Part shown: positions 24,385 through 36,238 of the stretch, piece by piece
Layout: every line of letters begins with the position of its first letter
Position numbering within the stretch: position 1 is the first letter of the stretch
Assembly: GCF_001194135.2 (NCBI RefSeq)
Contig: NC_068993.1
Coordinates: 62,217,724 to 62,253,965, forward strand
Source: Octopus bimaculoides
Lineage: Eukaryota
Direction: 5' to 3'
Length of the DNA stretch: 36,242 bases
The notes under the pieces: generated by a model
Told to the model about the DNA's origin: nothing
The model's database searches: none
The model's input: only the letters and a program-made list of their open reading frames with translations
Position numbers and translations under genes: made by a program

Positions 24385-24530
24385 AGAAAAACAAAAGACG
24401 AGGACAGGTGTATAAACAACAAGCAGGTGTAATTGTTTGACGCTCGGTGAGAAAGTATTTTATGTTTCGAGCTTACGCTCTTCAGCAGAAAGGAACACGA
24501 GGAAATAAAGAGAGAGAGAATAAAAAAAAT
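24385..24530 (-). mobile_element. Probable Penelope-like terminal repeat fragment with a degenerate hammerhead-like motif at 24457-24492
   Basis: The minus strand reads CTTT-CTGCTGA-A-GAGC-GTAA-GCTC-GAAAC-ATA-AAAT; homologous to 29015-29125. Confidence 0.55.
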
Positions 24531-25159
24531 CTGGTGGAGTTAGCGGTCAATAAACATATTAAAAAGCTTTAAATGTGAAACGATATATAATTATAACTAC
24601 ATGAAGAGAGCATGGCTATAAAATCCACCTCACTAATATAGGAAGATAAAAAATCTATAGAATACAGCAAGTTGATGAAACAAACTGAATCAGAGACAAT
24701 ATTTCGTAGGATAAATGTATGGGTGTCATATGAGAGAAGAAGACATGACACGGTGTTTCTGGCTATAACCGATCAGTCTCATGCCTGCTGGGAAGACTCT
24801 GCTGCTGGTCGGGTACTGGTGGTCTGCTGGGACTACTAGAAGTATAGGGTTGAGCAATGTGATAGGGACCTAACCGAAGATGGGACTAACCGTAGACAAA
24901 GGTTCTGGCTGTCAGAAAGATTTAACGAAGAACGCAAAAGAAAATAGACTCAGTTGGCCAAGTTCTCCACCTCATCTCCTCTCTATCAAGGAATTCTCTC
25001 CATAAACTGAAATGGTTAAATATGCTCATGCGTAACAGTACTGGATGCTCTATTTAGATGTACATCTACTCGGTGAGATGTTTGTACCTAGTGCTGTGGG
25101 TTGGTTTCAGAAAACTACAACAAAAATCAAAAGAAAAAGTACAACAGTACAACAACCAT

Positions 25160-25164
25160 AGACG

Positions 25165-25229
<65 letters not shown>

Positions 25230-25330
25230 GGGTGCTGCTACCACGATGACAACGACGACAACTACCACCACCACCACCACCACCGCATTTACTGCCGCCG
25301 CCACCCCCACTACTACTACTACTACTACTG
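25160..25330. repeat. Compound trinucleotide tract, (CTA)n/(GAC)n/(CAC)n/(CGC)n/(CTA)n
   Basis: Read directly; explains the poly-Y/L/S/V ORFs. Confidence 0.95.
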
Positions 25331-25537
25331 GTAAACTTAGAATTTCCCGGCTTTATCACATGCAGAGTGTGCCATAAAGCAAAACGAACGATAATGAAAA
25401 TAGATAGACAAATATTTATTGCAGATCGATAATGGAATGTATTGCTGTAATGTAGCGTTTCACTTAATATTCTAGTTCAGTAGATTATAACGAAACGGTT
25501 CCTCTCATTATTTCATTTCCTGAGACCATTTCTATGT

Positions 25538-25583
<46 letters not shown>

Positions 25584-25612
25584 TCATATGTGCGCGTAAG
25601 TATGTGTGTGTG

Positions 25613-25645
<33 letters not shown>

Positions 25646-26454
25646 ATGCATATATATATATGCATATATGTATGTATGTATGTGTATTTATATATCTGTA
25701 TGTGTATGGTAAATGCATAAGAACGTGGCAGTATGTTTAAGTGGAATCTTTAATCACTGTGAGAGCACAATGAGTCAGCAAGTAGTCGTTGCTATAAATT
25801 TATGTCTAAACAAATGAAGCAGACAGGAGGAATGGACCTAAAATATAATGTATAAGGAAGATTTGCACGTTTATCAAGTGTTGACTTTCGGGACATCTAG
25901 TTGTGTGTCTACTGACCGCGTCAGCCACTGTTGAACTATGGGCTCATATAGAAACGCAATATATAGCAGTTATTGGGAAGCTATTGATATATAAATCGAC
26001 TAGGAACGGACAAAAAGACAAGGAAGTCAATGTATATCGGTTTCAAATTTTGGCACACACACGCACATACCAAACCACATTCAGACACACACATATATAA
26101 TTCATAGTCATAATTATGTGCGGCCAAACAAATGGAGAAAATGTATATAAAAACATACCGATGCAAGTAGAAGAGTTAACATCTAGTCAACCCCTTCCAA
26201 CACAATCTAATACGTCCCCCCAACACTAATATCTAAATACCTACCTCACCCACCCTCCCTGAAATCCAAACATCTTCGCCACTCTGGAATCTCACAAGTT
26301 CCATTCTCTAATTAGTTCAGCTCATTGATAAATAAATAATGAATGCTTTTTGTTAATACCAGATATACAAACAATATCTTTTTTAGTCTTTCACTGGAAT
26401 TCTTTTTGTCTGAGATTTCCCAAGATATTTCGCCAATTTCAGATTTTATGCAAA

Positions 26455-26455
<1 letters not shown>

Positions 26456-26485
<30 letters not shown>

Positions 26486-26555
26486 CTTCTTCCTCCTGCT
26501 CCTCCTCCTCCTCCTCCTCCTTCTTCTTGTAGTAGTAGTAGTAGTTGTTGTTGTT
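26456..26555. repeat. Compound (TTC)n(TCC)n(GTA)n(GTT)n tract
   Basis: Read directly. Confidence 0.95.
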
Positions 26556-26561
26556 AATAAG

Positions 26562-26718
26562 GCTTATGGGCATTTCGTCCCTATTTACGTTTTGAGTTCA
26601 AATTCTGCCGAGGTTGACATTGTCTTTTACCCTTTCGGGGTCGATGAAATAAATACCAGCTGAGCACAGGAGTCGATGTAATCGACTTTATTCCTCGCCC
26701 CAATATTTCAGGCTTTGC
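26562..26718 (+). mobile_element. SINE family B, 5'-truncated
   Basis: TTTACGTTTTGAGTTCAAATTCTGCCGAGG...TTTCGGGGTCGATG matches 22120-22230. Confidence 0.85.
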
Positions 26719-27393
26719 ATCGATTAACAGAATGGATTATCTATTAAAGTTCGTAACTCCAGAGATGCGTAATTTTGTCAATTGAGTGATTTTCAAAGAA
26801 CGGTGAAACTTAGTTCATTTTCGTTCTCTGAATTTTCTTCGTTATTTTTCGAATGCGGAATTTTATAATCGTGTGGAAAACTCCTTTTACAGTAGTTTTT
26901 TTTTCTTATTTACCTTAGTTCTTTCACCGACCACTTGGGAATTTTCAGCTGTGATTAATATTCCTTCCTTATCATACAATGAAAATGTGGTTCTACAGGC
27001 TGGTACTCTCAAGGGACGAAGTGTCTGCTCATCTGTTTCTGATATCGTGCATCAAAATAGAATAACTTCAAGATGGTGTTTTTAAACATTAAACATCTAA
27101 CAAAATACTCAACGGTGCATTCTATATAATATCTCCCGTTTCAGATTCGTTCAGACAGCGTCAATGGATCCGATGTGCCCCGGTGTCACTCATTTCAACA
27201 GCTAAATATCCAAGGATATGTATGCCATCCATACGTGTTTGGAAGCATTTTCTCTTGGAAAATGCAACATTTTAGGACACAAATTGGAATTTTAGTTAAT
27301 GCAACCAATTTGACGTTGCTGAAAGAATGCTGTGTCTTGGACTTGGAATTCCGTTCACCGCGATCATATTGTATTAGATTACCAATTTGTGAA

Positions 27394-27716
27394 GGAGCGT
27401 AGCTCCATGGTTAGAGTGTTTGTCTCATGATCTTAAGGTTGTGGTTTCGATTCCCGGCGGCGAGTTGTGTCCTTGAACAAGACATTTTATTTCACGTTGC
27501 TGAAGGCCACTCAGCTGGCAAAAATGAGTAATACCTCTAATTCAAAAGGGGACAACCTTGTCACAGTGTGTGTCATGCTGTATCTCCCCTGAGATCTACG
27601 TTAAGGGTACGCGTGTCTGTGGAGTGCTCAGCCATTTTCACATTAATTTCAGGAGAAGGCTGTTCCGTTGATCGGCTCAATTGAGAAACTCGTCGTCGTA
27701 ACCGACGGAATACTAG
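27394..27716 (+). mobile_element. tRNA-derived, CORE-like SINE family D, apparently full length (about 320 bp)
   Basis: A-box-like TAGCTCCATGG, B-box-like GTTTCGATTCC, then GTGTCCTTGAACAAGACATTT...CTCAGCTGGCAAAAATGAG, which resembles the CORE domain. Confidence 0.7.
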
Positions 27717-28923
27717 TTACATTATCAATTTATTTACTTAGCTGATAATTCAACATGATATTTACGTGATCCAAATTAATAAAGAAAACCTTTATAGCTC
27801 TTAAAGGTAACGCAGGACTACCAAATATAAAAATGAATATTCGGAATGCAGAAAATATCAATTCGGAATATGATTGGCCGCAATTCTTCTCTCCTCCCAT
27901 GTAATCAGACATATCTTTACATGTACATACAACCCATACATAAATGTTTTGGAAGAATATTACTATCGTTGTATATCTAAGTGATATAGATATAGAAATC
28001 AAATAAATGACTTCAAAATTTATATTATTTTCACAAAAACAACGCTTGCTTTCTTTTTCGATCTATTGCGTTAACATAAATTGTATTTTGAGTTTTATCT
28101 GAGTAAAGATTCTTTAAGTAAAAATTAACATTTTTAATTTACGAAATCAATTTTCGTTCATAGGAAATATATACATTGAAAAATAAATTCCTATATTTCT
28201 ATCCATATAAAATCAATTTTTATATTTACATACACACATGCATAAATGAGCAGAGAAGACGAATACAAATACGATTGATGATGATTGTTTTTCCCCCTCT
28301 CTCTCTTTCTATTTCTTTCTACCTTTCTTTCTTTCTCTGTCTCTGTCTCCCACACATATGTCTACCTTTTCTCCTTTTGCTTTATCATTTCAGTTTCATT
28401 CGGAAATAACTTTACATTATTCATTACAAATAAATTTCACTTTTTTTTTGCTTAAGTTATCCGAAAACGTCGCATTAACTGTGATCTCCTGAACAAGATG
28501 GCGAACATGTTACATTGCAGTCGTCTAGGTGCAATGTGACTCCGTGACCTAAAGCTTAGAACATAGTGGCTTACATGGAGATTTATTAATTAATATTCCA
28601 CAGCAACCCCCCACCCCAACATATACGTACGCATGAATGCAGAGAATAAAAACACAAAATGCGATTGGTCGCCGAACCGGAAAAATATATAATATATGCA
28701 CACATATAACAAAATATACACAGACATATATGCGCATGTATATCTATATGCATGTGCATATAAACACACATATATACATACATACACAAGTACATACACA
28801 GACGCTTATATTATTCGTACGTTGGTTTATGTCAAACAAAAGAGACCAGAGTGTTCAATACATATTGTGGAGGAGATGGATTTTTAATGAAACTGAGACT
28901 GACAGTTTGCCTGGCGAATTGAG

Positions 28924-28924
<1 letters not shown>

Positions 28925-28987
<63 letters not shown>
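28925..28987. repeat. (TCTA)n tract
   Basis: Read directly. Confidence 0.95.
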
Positions 28988-28988
<1 letters not shown>

Positions 28989-29014
28989 GGAGAATTCTCC
29001 CCCCCAAAAAAAAA

Positions 29015-29125
29015 ACAGACGACGAAGAAAGGTGGTGTAGACAACGAAAAGATGTATTAGTTTAACGCTCGGGAAGTGAAAAAGTCTTTAACGTTTCGAG
29101 CCTACGCTCTTCCACAGAAAGGAAC
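29015..29125 (-). mobile_element. Probable Penelope-like terminal repeat fragment with a degenerate hammerhead-like motif at 29086-29121, truncated by the gap
   Basis: The minus strand reads CTTT-CTGTGGA-A-GAGC-GTAG-GCTC-GAAAC-GTT-AAAG, with perfect stems I and II and palindromic AACGTT. Confidence 0.55.
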
Positions 29126-29870
29126 NNNNNNNNNNNNNNNNNNNNNNNNNNNNNNNNNNNNNNNNNNNNNNNNNNNNNNNNNNNNNNNNNNNNNNNNNNN
29201 NNNNNNNNNNNNNNNNNNNNNNNNNNNNNNNNNNNNNNNNNNNNNNNNNNNNNNNNNNNNNNNNNNNNNNNNNNNNNNNNNNNNNNNNNNNNNNNNNNNN
29301 NNNNNNNNNNNNNNNNNNNNNNNNNNNNNNNNNNNNNNNNNNNNNNNNNNNNNNNNNNNNNNNNNNNNNNNNNNNNNNNNNNNNNNNNNNNNNNNNNNNN
29401 NNNNNNNNNNNNNNNNNNNNNNNNNNNNNNNNNNNNNNNNNNNNNNNNNNNNNNNNNNNNNNNNNNNNNNNNNNNNNNNNNNNNNNNNNNNNNNNNNNNN
29501 NNNNNNNNNNNNNNNNNNNNNNNNNNNNNNNNNNNNNNNNNNNNNNNNNNNNNNNNNNNNNNNNNNNNNNNNNNNNNNNNNNNNNNNNNNNNNNNNNNNN
29601 NNNNNNNNNNNNNNNNNNNNNNNNNNNNNNNNNNNNNNNNNNNNNNNNNNNNNNNNNNNNNNNNNNNNNNNNNNNNNNNNNNNNNNNNNNNNNNNNNNNN
29701 NNNNNNNNNNNNNNNNNNNNNNNNNNNNNNNNNNNNNNNNNNNNNNNNNNNNNNNNNNNNNNNNNNNNNNNNNNNNNNNNNNNNNNNNNNNNNNNNNNNN
29801 NNNNNNNNNNNNNNNNNNNNNNNNNNNNNNNNNNNNNNNNNNNNNNNNNNNNNNNNNNNNNNNNNNNNNN
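29126..29870. other. Assembly gap
   Basis: N run. Confidence 1.
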
Positions 29871-29943
<73 letters not shown>

Positions 29944-30184
29944 TAGGTATATTCTTGCATTTACAGACGTTAATTTGCTTTAAAGCATACATGTTTGTGT
30001 ATGTGTGTGTGTGTTTGTGTGTGTGCAATGAAGTAGTGTAGTAAATTTTGCCTAGTTATGGTGTATCTATGCAGAGAACATTCGTGTGATTAGACTTTCA
30101 TTTTCTAATGATACGAGTTTTTTTTCATTGTGTGTACATTAACAGAGACGAATTATTGTTTTTTCCAGAACCTCCAATACGACG

Positions 30185-30530
30185 GCTCTACTTCTATTGC
30201 TGAATGATTTCCAAAGATTTTTCTCCTTTACTCTTTGTCAAAGAATATTGTTAGGTAACATTTAATATTTTTGCTAATCACCAAATCTAACTCCGCTGTG
30301 ATTATCTGAGATTTTGCAAACCTTTGAAATAATCAGACCCACTAATTCACGTCAGTGGATTTCCTCTGTTTCATTTCGTCTTCTTTACATGCGTTGCTTT
30401 ATGAGAATCCTTTCTTGGATTTCAAATTAAGACGGCGAGACTCTAATCCTTATTTTGCGATGATGCTTTTGCCACAGGTTATTGGCCTTGTTATTTTGCA
30501 CCGGGTTGGTGAGGCCCAGTAGATTTAACA
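30185..30530 (-). mobile_element. Heavily degraded CR1/L2-like reverse transcriptase remnant
   Basis: Frameshifted translation gives LGLTNPV/CKITRPITCGKSIIAK*GLESRRLNLKSKKGFS*SNAC. This resembles ISLTS.VCK.ME.II...I..HLE...L....Q.GF....SC at the start of the RT domain. Confidence 0.45.
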
Positions 30531-31383
30531 TCAGAAGTTTTAACAGAAAATTATTTTGGTGAAAATAAGGACTAGACCACCCAACGTGCCCGTTTTTTTT
30601 AAAGATAGTAGGGGGAGATTCGATTGAGTTGACTAGAGCGCTATTTCTAGCATATTCAGCAACGGCACCGTTACTCGCTCCGACGTATGGCTCAAGGTTT
30701 TTGTCACACATTTTCATTTAATATACATGCAGTGAATCTTCTTCTATCAAAGAATCTGAAATTAACTTCTATACTGCAGCAAGTTTCTCTTTTAATCAAT
30801 CTTATTTGATGATTCTATCTAAATCTTGATAAAAATAAATAGCACTTAGCAACTTGGTATTTCGTTTATCTTAATACGTTCTATTTCGCAATTTCTCGAA
30901 TGCAGAAACGGATTTCCTATTGTAATGTTATTGATAGAAGCGATAAAGATAAACGAAACTCTGGTTTCCTATTCCCCTACTTTCCTTATATCTATACCAA
31001 ATATCGATTGCATACACTTCATATCAATGCTTTCATTTATCATAATGTTCTTCATGCACAGGGACCAAGAGTCAGAAGCTGGGAAGAAAATTTTACGAAT
31101 AAATAGAGCAATATTCGGGATGGTGGGTTAGTGTTGCACAAATCGGGAGCCATACAATGCTTGACTTGTTTTTATTGCGAGAAATACATCATCAATGCTG
31201 GCGCTAGAATTACCGAAATATCAGCAGAAATTCTCGCAACGCTATGAGTAGAATTTCATGCTTCAATTGAAGGGATCTGTGTAGACATTTGAAATTATGA
31301 TATGTGAATAGATTTCTGATATTCAAATACACATTGGATAAATATGCACACAAATGTTCGTACGCAAAACGTGAATTAATATA

Positions 31384-31590
31384 TTCTTTTACTTGTTTCA
31401 GTCATTTGGAGCGCCTTGAGCGGTTTTACTAAAAGAAAATCGATCACAGGGATTATTTTTTTTAAAGCTTAGTACTTGTATTATCGGACACTTTCGCTGA
31501 ATGGCTAAGTAACGGGGAACATAAATTCACCAACACCGGTTGTCAAATGGTAATGGGGGGGGGGAGAGCCACAGACACAAAGACACACAC

Positions 31591-31623
<33 letters not shown>

Positions 31624-32648
31624 NNNNNNNNNNNNNNNNNNNNNNNNNNNNNNNNNNNNNNNNNNNNNNNNNNNNNNNNNNNNNNNNNNNNNNNNNNNNN
31701 NNNNNNNNNNNNNNNNNNNNNNNNNNNNNNNNNNNNNNNNNNNNNNNNNNNNNNNNNNNNNNNNNNNNNNNNNNNNNNNNNNNNNNNNNNNNNNNNNNNN
31801 NNNNNNNNNNNNNNNNNNNNNNNNNNNNNNNNNNNNNNNNNNNNNNNNNNNNNNNNNNNNNNNNNNNNNNNNNNNNNNNNNNNNNNNNNNNNNNNNNNNN
31901 NNNNNNNNNNNNNNNNNNNNNNNNNNNNNNNNNNNNNNNNNNNNNNNNNNNNNNNNNNNNNNNNNNNNNNNNNNNNNNNNNNNNNNNNNNNNNNNNNNNN
32001 NNNNNNNNNNNNNNNNNNNNNNNNNNNNNNNNNNNNNNNNNNNNNNNNNNNNNNNNNNNNNNNNNNNNNNNNNNNNNNNNNNNNNNNNNNNNNNNNNNNN
32101 NNNNNNNNNNNNNNNNNNNNNNNNNNNNNNNNNNNNNNNNNNNNNNNNNNNNNNNNNNNNNNNNNNNNNNNNNNNNNNNNNNNNNNNNNNNNNNNNNNNN
32201 NNNNNNNNNNNNNNNNNNNNNNNNNNNNNNNNNNNNNNNNNNNNNNNNNNNNNNNNNNNNNNNNNNNNNNNNNNNNNNNNNNNNNNNNNNNNNNNNNNNN
32301 NNNNNNNNNNNNNNNNNNNNNNNNNNNNNNNNNNNNNNNNNNNNNNNNNNNNNNNNNNNNNNNNNNNNNNNNNNNNNNNNNNNNNNNNNNNNNNNNNNNN
32401 NNNNNNNNNNNNNNNNNNNNNNNNNNNNNNNNNNNNNNNNNNNNNNNNNNNNNNNNNNNNNNNNNNNNNNNNNNNNNNNNNNNNNNNNNNNNNNNNNNNN
32501 NNNNNNNNNNNNNNNNNNNNNNNNNNNNNNNNNNNNNNNNNNNNNNNNNNNNNNNNNNNNNNNNNNNNNNNNNNNNNNNNTGAGGCTATACCAGAAGATA
32601 CTTGCCCAAAGTGCCACACAGTGGGACTGAACCCAAGACCATGTGGTA
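31384..32648 (-). mobile_element. SINE family A spanning the gap at 31624-32580 (3' half on the left, 5'-truncated head on the right)
   Basis: The left side matches the 3' half and runs into (TCTA)n. The right side GAGGCTATA...ACTTGCCCAAAGTGCCAC..AGTGGGACTGAAC matches 862-912 in the same orientation. Confidence 0.8.
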
Positions 32649-33033
32649 GACCCCTCATCAGGGATGCCACATGCTATGACACCTTCTCCAACGGTCACTT
32701 GGTGTTGTCAGCTACCTTCCCAGGCGCCGCCGTTCGTCAAACTCTCGGGGTATCGGTCGCTCCCTGACAGGTTTAGGTCGAGTCTGTGACAGTGGAGATC
32801 ACCGACATTCTTGCCCCACCCCACCCCCCACGACCATATCCTGCACACTGCTATCAGGGCGGAGATTGCTGTTCGCAATTGCGTGCTTGCGTGCTCCGTG
32901 AGTCACAGTGGCTGTTCCAGCGCATCTTGGTCGCCATCCTCAATGGGGTAGCGCCAAATGGGGCAATGCCAAATGAGGTAACGCCTTCTCCATTTTGTCT
33001 GCTGGTGCCGTGAGAAATGCTGAAGTACGATAG
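32645..33033 (+). mobile_element. CRE-like non-LTR retrotransposon 3' remnant, restriction-like endonuclease (RLE) domain, frameshifted
   Basis: Successive frames give GRPLIRDATCYDTF...PGAAVRQ, YRSLPDRF, ESVTVEITDILAP, GRR/IAV, RESQWLFQRILVAIL and GNAFSILSAG..TAG. These match the WD.TC.DT, KY, F.P.AVET.G and FQR.S.AI.RGNA motifs of CRE-type RLEs, in order. Confidence 0.8.
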
Positions 33034-34638
33034 AAGAAAGTGGCCTTGTAAGCAGTGAAACGGTAACTGAGAGATCGAAGTCTTCATGGTCTGCTAACTC
33101 CACCATGGAATAATTATCACCTGTTGCTGTCACGCTTATTCTTCTACGTATTCGTCAGGCAACTAAGAACAATTATTTGTGTCATACTACTCCGATAGCT
33201 TTTTTGTTCTGAAGGTCGACTTCTATCTAAGATTTCTTTTTGGCTCGAAATATTAACCAAGCTATTTTTGTTAATGTCTACGTGGCGAGAAATATTTGTT
33301 AATCGCTAGTGTCTGCATTTACATTTACTTCGCAAATGTGTTCGCTTGTATTTTTCTGTTTATTTTCGAAAGCGTCGATGTCTGCATTTCTGTATATAAT
33401 TGCATCTGCTTGTTTAAATGTTAACAATTTTACTTTTGTCCTTTTTGTATAGACTATGTTTTCATTTTAACAATATTCAACAAAATTAACATTGGAAAAT
33501 TTTGGAACCTGATCGGATCTAACTCCTTTTATGATAATACCTCTTACAGCTACCCCAGACGAAGAAAAATACATCTATAGAAAAATGAAAAAAAAAAAAA
33601 AAAAAGAAATTTTAAATTTAAATTTGCAAAAACCAAATCTTGTGACTACTTTTGTGTAATGAAGCAGACGTTTAACAATTCCAGAAATATTTTGTTTGTA
33701 AATAATCCGAAATGAAAGTTTTTTGCTTCATGAAACGAAACGAGGTAAAGCCTAAAATTGTTGAGAGTTTAGCGAATTATAAGTAAATCTTAAAATTTAA
33801 TTATCTACAATAATTTTAGAAGATTGTTAATAACATTATCTTCACAAGAAAAAACATAGCTTTGGTGTTAATTTTGATTCTAATCGTATGTTGTTTACTC
33901 CACACTTCCACATGATTGAGAACCGGGTAGTTTAAATGGTTCAGAGAGAAAATACAGAAACTAATTACCACTTAGAAAGTTTTTAATATTTCCAGTCTTT
34001 TTGAGTTACGAAATAAACATTCTTGACCCACCGTTGTACCAGCTATTATGGCAATTTGATACCCCAAAGCTTTAAAATCGAAAAATAAACACGGGAACAG
34101 TTCACTCATGAGCAAAAGGAACCAAGCAAAGAGGCAACATTTTATCCTAAACTAGTAAACCTAAATAAAAACAACAACAACAACAAACAACGAAGACAGA
34201 AATAAATCTGAAGCGAATATATACAGGTTTTCTTGACTTCGACCCCTTAGCTAAGCATACTTTCTTCTCTCTGCAACTACAATGGCCTCTGCATCCTGGA
34301 ACTATGTAGGTGCATGTCATCTCTACATAGAAATACTCGACCTGCTTGCCTCTTCTCTTGTCATCTCTCTTCTTGAGTTCAACATCTGCGCATTAACCGC
34401 TACACGCATATCTTCCTTCACAGAATGTCGGCCTTCCAGAACTCACTTCTTGCCATTATTTTTCCTGCAGTAAGTGATTGCATCAATCTCACTGGCCTTG
34501 AAAGGTTTGCGATGACCACGGGTACCACTTCTTCCTCTAGACTCAGCCAAAAAGAGTAAGATTGCAGTATTCATTATTTTTATTGTTTTAAGATGTCAAC
34601 GTGTGATTTGCTTAAAGTTTGGTCACTAACTGTTGCAG

Positions 34639-34746
34639 ATCGGAAGCTCAAAAGGTGTGCTCCGGTTTATCATGCAAAGGAAGAGCACGAAGGAATATTA
34701 TTCATAATTTTCACAAAGGCATCATTGAAGTAAAGAAACCAGAATG
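34639..34746 (+). CDS. Weak candidate internal exon (108 nt, phase 2-2): SEAQKVCSGLSCKGRARRNIIHNFHKGIIEVKKPEW
   Basis: Branch-point-like CACTAAC, acceptor TTGCAG, donor GTACGT and one open frame. No recognisable homology; the polypyrimidine tract is poor. Confidence 0.18.
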
Positions 34747-35371
34747 GTACGTAACTTCAATTATATCTTCTCGATACATAAATAGACATAGATCTAAAAT
34801 AGACGTCGTGTATAAATGAACGATACATGATAAGATAAGTGAAAGAACGAAAGTATATATCGTTCTTTGCTTTGTTAAGCTTCTTTTATGTTAATGCATT
34901 TGTAGATCAGGAGCAAATGTAACATGGTCATACATTCAACAGACCAAAAATCATATATTCACAAATTCAACCAATAGAATGCTACCATAGAGACACATAG
35001 TTAAAATATGTATATCTATTTTGCACTCAGTTCTCAGCAGCTGAGCTAACCGATGTATCCATCTATTTGATTTTCATATTGATTTCCTCATTTCGATAAA
35101 ATCAATAGAGATATTTATTTTCCAATAAAGCCAGTGGAATGTTTTGATGTTGAATATCTTAATATTTGCATCTAAAATTGTTCCACCAATACCGTTATTT
35201 TAAATATAACGTTGATGAGATTACTATGCGAACAAAGGCACAAACTAGTTTGGTGTTTTTGTCAAAGAAGATTTCGAGAAGCATATAATCCCTCAATTCT
35301 ATAATTACAAACCTTTAAGTAAATTCTTGGCTTTAATAAATAAAACTAAAAGGTTATCTCATGGTTGTGTG

Positions 35372-35404
<33 letters not shown>

Positions 35405-35430
35405 GTATATATATGTATGTATATATATAT

Positions 35431-35686
35431 NNNNNNNNNNNNNNNNNNNNNNNNNNNNNNNNNNNNNNNNNNNNNNNNNNNNNNNNNNNNNNNNNNNNNN
35501 NNNNNNNNNNNNNNNNNNNNNNNNNNNNNNNNNNNNNNNNNNNNNNNNNNNNNNNNNNNNNNNNNNNNNNNNNNNNNNNNNNNNNNNNNNNNNNNNNNNN
35601 NNNNNNNNNNNNNNNNNNNNNNNNNNNNNNNNNNNNNNNNNNNNNNNNNNNNNNNNNNNNNNNNNNNNNNNNNNNNNNNNNNNNNN
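35431..35686. other. Assembly gap
   Basis: N run. Confidence 1.
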
Positions 35687-35890
35687 AAAAAAAAAAAAAA
35701 AAAAAAGCAAAGAGACGAAAAAAGGCAGAAATGTAACATAAACCTTTCAAATTGATCAATCACAAGTTGAGACCTATTTGAATTATATAAAGCCATAAAG
35801 ACATGTAAAAATCGATAGAGCATCGAAATGTTATATTTGTGACTTCAATAATTAACCAACGTTGACTTAGCTCATCATTAAAAAAAAACT

Positions 35891-35940
35891 GTCCAACCCA
35901 TGCCAGCATGGAAAACCGACGTTAAACGATGATGAAGATG
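35891..35940 (+). mobile_element. Retroposon family C, extreme 3' tail
   Basis: GTCCAACCCATGCCAGCATGGAAAACCGACGTTAAACGATGATG is nearly identical to 16894-16940. Confidence 0.8.
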
Positions 35941-36130
35941 TGTGTGTGTGTGTGTGTGTGTGTGTGATCCCATACATCCAGACCTTAGTTTCGTTCGATC
36001 AGTCGACCTTATACGTTAGCAGTTTGAAATGTAATAGAATTTCTGTCAATGGTGTAAGCATTGTTTTAATGATTACGCGAATTAATTTCCTGTAGACTGG
36101 ACCTATTAAAAGTAAAAAAAAACAAAAAAA

Positions 36131-36238
36131 ACGGCAAAATTTGACCCAACGGTACTTGAACTCAGAAGCTAAAGAACCGGAACGCACACCGAAGACAATT
36201 AGTCCGGTACTCTACCATTTCTACCAATTAGACGCCGA
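36131..36238 (-). mobile_element. Highly diverged SINE family B-like head
   Basis: TTGAACTCAGAA is the reverse B-box region, and spacing to ...GACGCC is similar to the family. Confidence 0.45.

Noticed and set aside
27144-27402. Acceptor-like site followed by a 75-aa ORF
   Set aside because: No clear donor or frame preference, no homology, and the ORF ends inside a SINE.
805-27716. tRNA-like A and B boxes; repeated blocks that might suggest CRISPR
   Set aside because: The boxes are SINE heads without a full cloverleaf. The repeats are dispersed, with no regular repeat-spacer array, in eukaryotic DNA.
34260-34560. Purine-rich minus-strand segment that looks like decayed coding or Gypsy sequence
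   Set aside because: Stops occur in all frames and no protease, RT or integrase motif is seen.
384-35823. Most ORFs in the six-frame track
   Set aside because: They consist of homopolymeric or dipeptide translations of microsatellites, or read through N gaps.
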